From: an uncultured Bacillota bacterium
GTDB taxonomy: Bacteria; Bacillota; UBA994; UBA5500
DNA: 32,966 nucleotides
Assembly: GCA_937874815.1 (NCBI GenBank)
Contig: CALNBW010000374.1
Span: 1 to 32,966 of the forward strand
Reading direction: 5' to 3'
Shown: positions 1 through 7,962 of the stretch, piece after piece
How positions within the stretch are numbered: position 1 is the stretch's first letter
Layout of the letters: every line of letters begins with the position of its first letter
The notes under the pieces: generated by a model
What the model was told of the DNA's origin: nothing
The model's input: only the letters and a program-made list of their open reading frames with translations
The model's database searches: none
Program-made: the position numbers and the translations under genes

Positions 1-329
1 TTTAGCCATTCCATCCTTACAGTCTCTATGTTGAATTTATTGCTGGGCAGATCATCATAAGGATAATACAGGTATATGGTTCTATCGCCAAACCTTTTGT
101 CACTCATGGAATCAACTCCGACCCTAACCATGTCGCTAGACAACGAACCCCCTGAAATAACATACAAGTTAGCCCTATATCCCTGGTTGGGAGACTCTAC
201 TGTATACTGATAATCGCCTTTTCCTTTTAAAAGACATAAAGGCGGGTTGATGAGGAGAAACGAGACAAAAAGCAACATGGCTAATACGATTAAGGCGCAT
301 ACCAAACAGACCTTTGCCGACCTTTTCAT
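1..329 (-). CDS. small membrane-anchored protein, 3' end cut by the window edge; DUF5412-like; candidate partner or immunity protein of the adjacent toxin-like gene
   Basis: This ORF is absent from the track because it runs off the window. Hand translation of the reverse strand from the ATG at 329..327 gives MKRSAKVCLVCALIVLAMLLFVSFLLINPPLCLLKGKGDYQYTVESPNQGYRANLYVISGGSLSSDMVRVGVDSMSDKRFGDRTIYLYYPYDDLPSNKFNIETVRMEWL, with no stop before position 1. It has an N-terminal hydrophobic helix and starts 23 nt after the stop of 352..1263. The layout (TM helix, then SPxxxY, then GGxxxxxxV) matches my memory of Firmicutes DUF5412 proteins; this is untested. Confidence 0.5.
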   Translation of the reverse strand, partial: MKRSAKVCLVCALIVLAMLLFVSFLLINPPLCLLKGKGDYQYTVESPNQGYRANLYVISGGSLSSDMVRVGVDSMSDKRFGDRTIYLYYPYDDLPSNKFNIETVRMEWL

Positions 330-351
330 CCTATCACCCTCAAAAGGCCAA

Positions 352-1263
352 CTACCAGAATACCCCTTCACCAAAGTCTATATTAACATCACGAATACCA
401 TCATTTATCGCTATTTGGTCATTTGGATCATCAAAATAGCTAGACATGAATTCCCAGTGCGAGGTGCCAGACCATACTTGATAAGCGCCAGCGGCAACTC
501 GGAGAACAAAGCTCGAATACCCTGCTACAGTCCCCATATAGCCATAATGATGATTTCCAATATATTCGCCATCTCTTAACTGATATAGAAAGCTATACTT
601 CGTATTCACACCCAACGGTATCTTTAGGTCCCAGTCCCCTCCCGATCTTACTTTGCTCGCAAAATATGCAGCCCTATACCCTTCCGCTAGAGGAAGCGCG
701 TCCTCTCCTAACTTCCAATCTGTCAAGATCCCCAGATAATCCTGATACAACTGTTCTGCCTCCAGCCGATTCTGCACATAAGTAGCGCGCAACCTAAGGT
801 CTGTACCATCAATAACAGGTGTGCTGTCTAAACCAAGAGTCTCTAGTAGGTAATCGCACATTTCTAAAGTCAGGATGTTTTGCCGGATAAAACTGGCTTC
901 CCTGTTTCTAATCGCCATCAGTTTACACAGGAATAACAAATCCTCATCGCTTGCACCTTCTATCGAACTCAGCAGTTCGCGGCACCATAACTCCTCCGCA
1001 TTTAATGAGAATTCTATATCCATTCCTGGAGTCATTTCTATTTCTGCCAGAATAATGTCCCTAACATCGGAGTATTCGCTATACAGATTTCCAAAATCGC
1101 TACTACCCAAGGTTTCTGCGTATCCGATTGTGCCAAACGACATCAACATGATCATTACCATAACCAAACCAACTATTCTTCTCACAAATATCCTCCCCTT
1201 CTCAGCAAAATGGTGTAAAGTGCCCATATCCGCTAATATGATAGATTTATCCAAATCCATCAT
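352..1263 (-). CDS. secreted or membrane-anchored protein whose C-terminal region resembles a polymorphic-toxin type 44 (Ntox44-like) domain
   Basis: 303-aa ORF. The N-terminus carries a hydrophobic signal or anchor (RRIVGLVMVMIMLMSFGTIGYAE). The C-terminal motifs GGDWDLK, GNHHYGYMGTVAGYS, AAGAYQ and DDPNDQIAINDG resemble what I recall of type-44 polymorphic toxin domains (xWDxK, GNxxYGxxGxxxG, DDPxD). The true start may be an internal Met (MGTLHH...). The domain call is from memory only. Confidence 0.55.
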   Translation of the reverse strand: MMDLDKSIILADMGTLHHFAEKGRIFVRRIVGLVMVMIMLMSFGTIGYAETLGSSDFGNLYSEYSDVRDIILAEIEMTPGMDIEFSLNAEELWCRELLSSIEGASDEDLLFLCKLMAIRNREASFIRQNILTLEMCDYLLETLGLDSTPVIDGTDLRLRATYVQNRLEAEQLYQDYLGILTDWKLGEDALPLAEGYRAAYFASKVRSGGDWDLKIPLGVNTKYSFLYQLRDGEYIGNHHYGYMGTVAGYSSFVLRVAAGAYQVWSGTSHWEFMSSYFDDPNDQIAINDGIRDVNIDFGEGVFW

Positions 1264-1837
1264 CTATGCCCCACATACGGAAATAGAAAAGCTAGCCCAT
1301 GCCGCTACCCGTTTTACAGCCCACCACAGCAGGTAGCAGACTATCCAATGGCATCTTTATGACTGAGAAATACTAATTCCTCACGACGCTATATCTAATC
1401 CTGTCTTAACTATTCTGCATGGAGCAGCACTTTCCTTCCTAATTCATGCAAAGCGTTAATTTTTCTTTACAACCATTTTGAGCAGCCTTTTGAGCTTTCC
1501 ATTTTCAGAGCCATAAAATGGCCTAATGATTATTTACCTAAGCGTGCCGCAGTAGAATATACTCTGCTCAATCCAGCCCGCCTCGAAACAGCTGCCATAC
1601 TACAGAAGACAAGGTATGATACTTGTTTTTTCCTATTGACGAAAGACAAGGGTATTACCACCTGAAAAACTAGGCGGGAATACCCTTGTTTCATGTTAAT
1701 CTAGTCCCCATAGGCCCACTGCGCGAGAGTTCTCCAGTCTCTGATAGCAGCAAATTGCTGTTTCCGCGACTAACCTGTTCTAAGCCCCGTTGGAAGAGCA
1801 GTAATTAACGAAACAGACCAACCAGTTCATTTTTCCA

Positions 1838-2212
1838 ATGTGGAACAGTCTGGCGCCGTGTTATTTCCTCGAAACTATCATAACGCTGGTCAATAAACTA
1901 TTCGAAAAAGTCCTCTGGCAAAAAGCTTTAAAAACGGCTGACACTACTAGGCGAATAACACCTGAACCTTTTTCAGGCCCTGTTTCTATACTCCGAAACA
2001 GCGATGGTTATTATGTCGTGCAGAGATCTGCTGAGGGAGTTTATGTGCGCTTCGCCGATCTGACTGGGGAGGAAACCTCGAGGGCAGAAGTGGTATTGTC
2101 CCGGCTCTGGCGGGGTCATCTCAGCAGTACAGCCATGCTCTTAAGGATACCTGGCTGCCGGAATCGAAACAGGGGTTCCGGACGAGGTAACTATGCTATC
2201 AAGCACTGGTGA
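1838..2212 (+). CDS. hypothetical protein; possibly the 5' fragment of a disrupted gene
   Basis: 124-aa ORF with no recognisable motif. Its tail (RIPGCRNRNRGSGRGNYAIKHW) looks non-native. It overlaps the next ORF by 20 nt in a different frame. Confidence 0.3.
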   Translation: MWNSLAPCYFLETIITLVNKLFEKVLWQKALKTADTTRRITPEPFSGPVSILRNSDGYYVVQRSAEGVYVRFADLTGEETSRAEVVLSRLWRGHLSSTAMLLRIPGCRNRNRGSGRGNYAIKHW

Positions 2213-2633
2213 ATGTCTGTTCAGCGTTAACCTGCCAGCTCCTGTTTATGCGACATGTGTTACTAGCGATTGGGGCAACGAGTCCTATTGGTGTCTTTCT
2301 GGGGTTGGCGAGGCAATAGGCCCCATATCAAAAAACGCCCTGTATAAGGTTGATTCGCAAGGCGCAGAACTACGTTTCGATGGGGTAGCATATCAGGGAC
2401 CAACAAGCCTCCTGCCAGTTTCAGGCTATGCCCTTATTTGCGGATACGATGATGGGCAGTTGCACCTGGTGGATGCCAGCGGAAGCATACGATCGGTTAC
2501 GTTTGCGAAGGCCGGTGAATTCCTAAACCCGATGCTTATGTGTGTAAATAACGGCGTTGCCTATATAGCTGTGCGTCGCAACTATGGCCCTGACTACGAC
2601 ACCATATTAGCCGTCGATTTAGGCTTAAAATGA
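2193..2633 (+). CDS. hypothetical protein with beta-strand-rich, propeller-like repeats
   Basis: 146-aa ORF. Segments such as YKVDSQGAELRFDGVAY and GYDDGQLHLVDASGSIRSVTF resemble PQQ/WD-like beta-propeller blades. No clear ribosome-binding site. The frame opens at 2145. Confidence 0.4.
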   Translation: MLSSTGECLFSVNLPAPVYATCVTSDWGNESYWCLSGVGEAIGPISKNALYKVDSQGAELRFDGVAYQGPTSLLPVSGYALICGYDDGQLHLVDASGSIRSVTFAKAGEFLNPMLMCVNNGVAYIAVRRNYGPDYDTILAVDLGLK

Positions 2634-2665
2634 CAGCTAGAAACTAAAATGAACACAGAATAGGA

Positions 2666-2714
2666 TATTGGGGCTGTCGCGCACGTATAAGAAAACGTTT
2701 TGCGACAGCCCCAA
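2666..2714. terminator. stem-loop between convergent genes; probable bidirectional terminator
   Basis: Perfect 14-bp arms: attggggctgtcgc (2666..2679) and gcgacagccccaat (2701..2714). It lies between the + ORF ending at 2633 and the ppdK stop at 2737. The loop is long (21 nt) and the T-tracts are weak. Confidence 0.55.
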
Positions 2715-2736
2715 TACCCTGTTTCATATTACGCAG

Positions 2737-5385
2737 TTAGTCTTTTTTCTTGAGCGCGGCCTGGGCTGCGGCTAAGCGAGCGATGGGCACGCGGTAAGGT
2801 GAGCAACTGACGTAGTCTAGCCCTATCTCGTGGCAGAACTCGATCGAGTTGGGGTTACCACCATGCTCGCCGCAAATGCCTATGGAGATTTCGGGCTTGG
2901 CGCTGCGTCCTCTTTCTACGGCAATGCGCATCAGTTCGCCCACGCCTTCACGGTCGATGACAGCGAAGGGATTCTCGGTGAGAATGCCGGCTTCTAGATA
3001 CTGAGGCAAGAATTTACCCTCAGCGTCATCACGGCTAAAACCGAATGTGGTCTGTGTCAGGTCGTTAGTACCAAAGGTGAAGAAGCCTGATTCGGCCGCG
3101 ATTTGGTCTGCTATGAGGCAGGCGCGTGGCAGTTCGATCATGGTGCCCACGTGGTAGTCGAGCGTCACGCCGGTTTCGGCCTGCACCGCATCGGCTATCT
3201 GGGTAACTTCTTGTTTGAGCAAGGTCAACTCCTTGATGTTGCCCACTAAAGGTAGCTCTACTTCTGTGGTTACCTGATGGCCTTCCTGCACAAGCCGGGC
3301 CATTGCGTTGAAAATTGCCCGCGCTTGCATCTGATAAATCTCGGGGAAGGTAACGCCTAGGCGGCAACCACGGTGCCCCAGCATTGGGTTAAATTCGGAG
3401 AGGCTACGCACCTTGGCCAGCAAGGCCTCCTTGGCTGCTAGCTCCTCTTTGTCTCCATCGGTCAGTTTTAGCGTGGTAATATCCACTAGCAACTGCTCTG
3501 CCTGCGGCAAGAACTCGTGCAGTGGTGGATCTAGCAGGCGGATGCAGACTGGGTAGCCAGACATGACTTTAAGGATGCCATAGAAGTCGTCCTCTTGCAT
3601 AACTTGCAGTTGCTCTAGGGCAGCTGCCCGCTCCTCTTTATTCTCGGCCAAAATCATGCGTTGGGCTAGGGGTAGCCGGTCTGTTGCCATGAACATATGC
3701 TCAGTGCGGACTAAGCCAATGCCCTTGGCCCCGAATTCTCTCGCCTTAAGGGCATCGGCCGGTGTATCGGCATTGGCGCGCACCCCGAGGCCGGGAACCT
3801 CATCGGCCCAAGCGAGTAAGGTGTTGAAATCGGCACTTAACTCGGGCTCTATCATTTTGATCTCGCCAGCCATTACACGGCCGGTTGCGCCATCGATAGA
3901 GACGATGTCGCCCTTCTTGAATACACGGCCATCGGCTGTGAATTGTTCGCTAGCATAGTCGATTTTAATTGCTTCGCAACCGCTGACGCAGGGTTTGCCC
4001 ATACCGCGGGCTACTACGGCGGCGTGACTGGTCATACCACCGCGGGCAGTGAGAACGCCTTCGGCGACTACCATGCCATGAATATCGTCGGGAGTTGTTT
4101 CCGTACGAACAAGTAGCACCTTGTGGCCTTGCTGACCAAGGGCCTCGGCCTCATCAGCATCAAATACTATAGCTCCATACGCTGCCCCCGGGGATGCCGG
4201 TAGTCCTTTTGCTATGACATCAACAGTAGCTGCTGGGTCTATCCGACGATGTAACAGCTGGTCTAGCTGAGCGGGCTCAACCCTGAGCAGCGCTTCTTCC
4301 TTGGTTATGGCTCCTTCCTGCACCATTTCCACCGCGATGCGGATGGCGGCGGCAGTGGTCCGCTTGCCCGATCTAGTCTGTAAGATATAGAGTTTGCCCT
4401 TTTCAACGGTAAACTCGATGTCCTGCATATCATGATAGTGTTTTTCTAAAATGCCGCAGATACGTACGAATTCTTCGTAAATCTTAGGCATGTCGTTGGC
4501 TAAGCTGGCAATCGGCTCTGGCGTGCGAATACCGGCGACAACATCTTCGCCTTGGGCGTTAATCAGATACTCGCCATAGATTCGCTTCTCACCGGTGGCA
4601 GGGTTGCGGGTAAAGGCTACGCCGGTGCCACTGTCGTTACCCATGTTACCAAAGACCATTGTCTGCACGTTAACAGCCGTGCCCAAATGGTCAGGTATGT
4701 TGTTGATCTTACGATAGACAATAGCACGCTGGTTGTTCCAAGAACCGAACACTGCGCGCACTGCCATCAGTAGTTGTTCAAAGGGTTCCTGCGGGAACGC
4801 CTGCCCAGTTCGCTTAACCACAACCTGCTTGAAGCTAGCAACCAGTTGTCGCAAATCTGCTGCCGGCAGTTCATGGTCAAATTGGACCTGTCTATTATGC
4901 TTAAGCTCGGTTAGAATTGCTTCAAACTCATATTGCTCAATGCCCAGCACTACATCGCTATACATCTGAATAAAGCGCCGGTAACAGTCAAAGGCGAATC
5001 TTTCATCGCCCGTGGCCTGGGCTAGGCCTTCCACGGTGCGGTCATTGAGACCCAAGTTCAAAATAGTATCCATCATGCCAGGCATGGAAATAGCTGCGCC
5101 GGAACGTACAGAAACAAGCAGAGGATTGGCATCGTCACCAAAGACTTTGCCCGTGTCATGTTCTAGCTTCCGCAATTCGTCCTGCAATTGAGCTTCCAAT
5201 CCCTCTGGGAATTGGCCCTCGCCTGCCAGGTATTCATTACAGGCCTCGGTGGTGATAGTGAGGCCTGGAGGCACTGGGAGACCAATACTGGTCATAATCG
5301 CTAAGTTTGCTCCCTTACCTCCTAAAAGCATTTTATCTTTTGTTTCCGTTGCGTCGAACGCATAGACATATGTCTTACTTTGCAT
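2737..5385 (-). CDS. ppdK: pyruvate, phosphate dikinase
   Basis: 882 aa. Contains GGKGANLAIM near the N-terminus, the phospho-histidine loop TARGGMTSHAAVVARGMGKPCV, and the C-terminal PEP/pyruvate domain motifs GTNDLTQ and GICGEHGG. GGAGGG ribosome-binding site ahead of the ATG. Confidence 0.97.
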   Translation of the reverse strand: MQSKTYVYAFDATETKDKMLLGGKGANLAIMTSIGLPVPPGLTITTEACNEYLAGEGQFPEGLEAQLQDELRKLEHDTGKVFGDDANPLLVSVRSGAAISMPGMMDTILNLGLNDRTVEGLAQATGDERFAFDCYRRFIQMYSDVVLGIEQYEFEAILTELKHNRQVQFDHELPAADLRQLVASFKQVVVKRTGQAFPQEPFEQLLMAVRAVFGSWNNQRAIVYRKINNIPDHLGTAVNVQTMVFGNMGNDSGTGVAFTRNPATGEKRIYGEYLINAQGEDVVAGIRTPEPIASLANDMPKIYEEFVRICGILEKHYHDMQDIEFTVEKGKLYILQTRSGKRTTAAAIRIAVEMVQEGAITKEEALLRVEPAQLDQLLHRRIDPAATVDVIAKGLPASPGAAYGAIVFDADEAEALGQQGHKVLLVRTETTPDDIHGMVVAEGVLTARGGMTSHAAVVARGMGKPCVSGCEAIKIDYASEQFTADGRVFKKGDIVSIDGATGRVMAGEIKMIEPELSADFNTLLAWADEVPGLGVRANADTPADALKAREFGAKGIGLVRTEHMFMATDRLPLAQRMILAENKEERAAALEQLQVMQEDDFYGILKVMSGYPVCIRLLDPPLHEFLPQAEQLLVDITTLKLTDGDKEELAAKEALLAKVRSLSEFNPMLGHRGCRLGVTFPEIYQMQARAIFNAMARLVQEGHQVTTEVELPLVGNIKELTLLKQEVTQIADAVQAETGVTLDYHVGTMIELPRACLIADQIAAESGFFTFGTNDLTQTTFGFSRDDAEGKFLPQYLEAGILTENPFAVIDREGVGELMRIAVERGRSAKPEISIGICGEHGGNPNSIEFCHEIGLDYVSCSPYRVPIARLAAAQAALKKKD

Positions 5386-6172
5386 GCCTTTCCCTCCTGT
5401 AATGGATTTCTAGCACCTTACTAGCGGTCTCTTCAACTGCTCGATTGGTGACATCGATCACGGGACAGCCTAATTTCTTCATGACAGCTTCTGAATACTC
5501 CAACTCGGCCAGAATACGCCGTAGGCTAGCGTAATCGGCATTAGCTGCCAGCCCCAAGGTTTTTAATCTTTCAGCGCGAATTTCGTTGAGGAAATTGGGA
5601 TTGATAGTGAGGCCAACGATACGGCCTGGCGGCAACTCGAATAATTCTTGCGGCAGCTCCACCTCTGGCACTAAAGGCACATTTGCTGCCTTTACGCCTT
5701 TGTGAGCTAAATACATGCAGACTGGAGTCTTTGAAGTGCGAGAGACACCAATCAGCACTATCTCTGCCCTCAGAATACCGCGGGGATCCTTCCCATCATC
5801 GTACTTGACAGCAAACTCTACTGCCTCCACCTTGCGGAAATACTCTTCATCCAACTTGCGTAACAGCCCAGCTCGCATCTGGGGTGTTTCCTTAGCAACA
5901 TCTGACATAGTCTGCAGCATCGGCCCCATGATATCAATTGTGGGGACATCATATTCTGCTGCCGCACTAACCATTTCCTGCCTGAGCTCGTCAACCACCA
6001 GTGTATAGGCAAAAATACACCGTTCTTTTGAGGCTTCGGCCACAATTTTCCTAATGTACTGCCTGTCATTGACATACGGCATGCGGACAATGTCCATTTC
6101 TGTACCGTAAAATTGACTGGCCGCCGCCCTTACCACAAACTCGGCAGTTTCTCCTAAGGCATCGGAAACCAC
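5375..6172 (-). CDS. pyruvate, phosphate dikinase regulatory protein (bifunctional kinase/pyrophosphorylase, DUF299/YqfL family)
   Basis: VVSDALGETAEFVVRAAASQF at the N-terminus and the P-loop GVSRTSKTP. It overlaps the ppdK start by 11 nt. The track start is a GTG. The frame stays open upstream (..IPTESSRIKVY-VVSD), and an ATT at 6205..6203 lies 8 nt after AAGGAGGGG, so the real start may be up to 33 nt upstream. Confidence 0.92.
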   Translation of the reverse strand: MVSDALGETAEFVVRAAASQFYGTEMDIVRMPYVNDRQYIRKIVAEASKERCIFAYTLVVDELRQEMVSAAAEYDVPTIDIMGPMLQTMSDVAKETPQMRAGLLRKLDEEYFRKVEAVEFAVKYDDGKDPRGILRAEIVLIGVSRTSKTPVCMYLAHKGVKAANVPLVPEVELPQELFELPPGRIVGLTINPNFLNEIRAERLKTLGLAANADYASLRRILAELEYSEAVMKKLGCPVIDVTNRAVEETASKVLEIHYRRERHAK

Positions 6173-6226
6173 ATAAACCTTGATCCGGGAACTCTCAGTG
6201 GGAATAAGCGCCCCCTCCTTTAATGG

Positions 6227-6251
6227 CCCGTAACGCTAAAAGCGTTACGGG
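6227..6251 (-). terminator. 11-bp perfect hairpin downstream of the 4Fe-4S gene and just upstream of the PDRP ribosome-binding site
   Basis: Arms cccgtaacgct (6227..6237) and agcgttacggg (6241..6251) with a 3-nt loop. There is no U-tract on the minus strand, so it may act as a weak terminator or an RNA-processing or stability element. Confidence 0.4.
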
Positions 6252-6321
6252 TTATTGTGCAGCCTATATTAGTGCCTTTGCCTTAATTGTGCCATACTAT
6301 ATCGCAATCATTATATACTAT

Positions 6322-7206
6322 TTACTTATTGATGTCCTGTTTAGAAACAAAAACTAAATGCTGCTGCTTCCTTGTAGAAGCTGGGGCTTTGGCTGCAAAG
6401 GTTAGAGCCCGGGTTGGACAAACATCAACACACTCCAAGCAGCGGACACAAGCGCTGCTGTTTTGCTTTATTTGTGGCTGCAAGGCGGCCTTGCACTGGC
6501 GAGCACAAGCGCCGCAGTCAATACAACGCCCGTGATCCAAACGCAGCCGCCAAATACTCAGCCCGTTGAGTAAACCGTAGAAGGCTCCTAGAGGGCAAAG
6601 CACTCGGCAAAAGGGCCGCCAATAAAAGACAGCGGCAATTAGCACCAGGACTAGCACCAGTAGCTTCCAGCTAAACAACCAGCCGACTAAGGCAGCTAAC
6701 TGGGGGTTCATGCTTACTAAAGGAATACCCCCAGCTAACGTGCCCGCAGGGCATACATATTTGCAGAAGTAGGGCTCGGCCAAGCCCGTTATATCGCGCC
6801 AGAAAAATGGTAGCACTACAGTAAGCCCTAATACCACAAACTTCATTTTTTCTAGGTAGCGCGGCAGCCGGCGGCGGCCCTGCTTGCCGCGATGCACCAG
6901 CTCCTGCACCAGGCCAAAAGGGCAGAGCCAGCCGCAGACAAAACGCCCACCGAGAGAACCAACTGCCAATAAGAACCCTACTAGATACAAAGACAGCGTT
7001 CGGCTAAAGCCAGCCGCCATTGACTGAAACGCCCCCACAGGGCAGGCCCCTAAGGCACCGGGGCATGAATAACAGTTGAGAAATGGCACACAGGCTGCCT
7101 TCAGCTTACCCTGATAGATCCTGCCCTGTAGCCAGCCTGGCAGATAACTATTGCTAAGAATAGCTGCAGCCCATTGACTGAGTTTACGCTTCTTCATCGC
7201 GGACAA
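6322..7206 (-). CDS. polytopic membrane 4Fe-4S binding protein, NapH/MauN/YccM-like
   Basis: Repeated CxxxCPxG motifs lie next to hydrophobic helices: CYSCPGALGACPVG, CGWLCPFG, CKYVCPAG, CRVLCPLG. Two ferredoxin-type clusters follow at the C-terminus: CIDCGACARQC and CVRCLECVDVCP. The likely true start is the ATG at 7197 (MKKRKLSQ...). Confidence 0.85.
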   Translation of the reverse strand: MSAMKKRKLSQWAAAILSNSYLPGWLQGRIYQGKLKAACVPFLNCYSCPGALGACPVGAFQSMAAGFSRTLSLYLVGFLLAVGSLGGRFVCGWLCPFGLVQELVHRGKQGRRRLPRYLEKMKFVVLGLTVVLPFFWRDITGLAEPYFCKYVCPAGTLAGGIPLVSMNPQLAALVGWLFSWKLLVLVLVLIAAVFYWRPFCRVLCPLGAFYGLLNGLSIWRLRLDHGRCIDCGACARQCKAALQPQIKQNSSACVRCLECVDVCPTRALTFAAKAPASTRKQQHLVFVSKQDINK

Positions 7207-7209
7207 TCC

Positions 7210-7347
7210 CTAGCCAATGCCGATGCACTGCAAGCAGATAGTAATGGCCTTCTCCAGCACTTGCAGGGCCTCCTGCCGCAGCAGGCCGAACAGCATTAGC
7301 ACAACACCTAGCCCAAAGAGCAGTTGGCCAGATTTCTCTCGCAACAT
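7210..7347 (-). CDS. 45-aa membrane mini-protein with a C-terminal CxxC motif (CD1871A-family-like)
   Basis: Too short to appear in the track. Hand translation gives MLREKSGQLLFGLGVVLMLFGLLRQEALQVLEKAITICLQCIGIG followed by a TAG stop. It has one TM helix and ends in ICLxCIGIG, as I recall for the PGAP family CD1871A CXXC motif-containing protein. A G-rich ribosome-binding site (aaatggggg) lies upstream. The stop is 3 nt from the next gene. Confidence 0.7.
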   Translation of the reverse strand: MLREKSGQLLFGLGVVLMLFGLLRQEALQVLEKAITICLQCIGIG

Positions 7348-7395
7348 ACATCCCCCATTTCTCTAGTTTCCCCGGACATGGACAAAAACAGGCTT

Positions 7396-7962
7396 CTATT
7401 CTGCTAGCAAGGTAGTTAGTAACGGCATAACTGTCGCTTCATAGGTGTCGCCACCCCAACCCAGCTGAGCAAAGGCAACTCTGCCCTCTTTATCTATGAT
7501 CAAGACAAAAGGAACAGCCGTAACACCATATTGCCCACCTATTTTGTAGTCCTGGTCGTGTATCACTATGGCCTCCAGCTGATTACTATCAAAGAAATGC
7601 TCTACATCGGAGGTTTTGCCAGAGGCAACTACGTAAAGATCAACACCTTGTTCGCGCAGATCTGCTAATTCTGGCTGCAACTGCAGCATCTCTGATACGC
7701 AGGGGCGTCAGCCGGGTGAAAAGAACGAGAGCATACGCACTCGGTCCTGGCTATCAGCGCTAAATGATACCGCCTCGCCACTATATAGATCCTTACCCTC
7801 AAAAGGAATCACCGCAGGACGCTCTTCAACTGGCAGCAGGGTGCCTTCTTGTACCTTGAACGGTTGCTGTCCTTGTTTAGGCGCTGCTGGGCTGCAGCCT
7901 GCCACCATTACGGCCGCTAACAGCAACAGTAGCATCGGTGCCATCTTTCTGGTTATAGTCAA
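7396..7962 (-). CDS. TlpA/ResA-like thioredoxin-fold lipoprotein with predicted selenocysteine (UxxC) at codon 85
   Basis: Track ORFs 7708..7962 and 7396..7689 share one frame and are separated only by TGA (7710..7708) plus 6 sense codons. The joined product reads MTITRKMAPMLLLLLAAVMVAGC (lipobox) ...VRMLSFFSPG-U-RPCVSEMLQLQPEL...GVTAVPFVLIIDKEGRV (cis-Pro loop). It starts at a TTG with a GGGAGGG ribosome-binding site 7 nt upstream. Confidence 0.75.
7674..7687 (-). promoter_or_regulatory. candidate SECIS apical hairpin
   Basis: The RNA GCUGC-AGUU-GCAGC starts 21 nt 3' of the UGA. It forms a 5-bp GC-rich stem with a GU-containing tetraloop. The structure is short and I could not extend it convincingly by eye. 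Confidence 0.3.

Noticed and set aside
247-1336. Plus-strand ORFs 247..579 and 875..1336.
   Set aside because: They are antisense to the toxin-like gene and its partner. They have no ribosome-binding sites and their composition is implausible. The minus-strand reading is coherent (signal peptides, motifs, tight spacing).
1646-1689. The inverted repeat acaagggtatt / aatacccttgt in the long 1264..1837 gap, considered as a riboswitch or terminator.
   Set aside because: The loop is 22 nt. No conserved riboswitch motif is recognisable, and no oriented gene lies immediately upstream to terminate. I cannot assign a function.
3065-4969. Several 70-100 aa ORFs inside or antisense to ppdK (3065..3367, 3656..3958, 4552..4773, 4733..4969).
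   Set aside because: They are embedded in a strongly supported 882-aa gene. Their products are Arg/Ser/Ala-rich with no motifs or ribosome-binding sites. This is typical of shadow ORFs.
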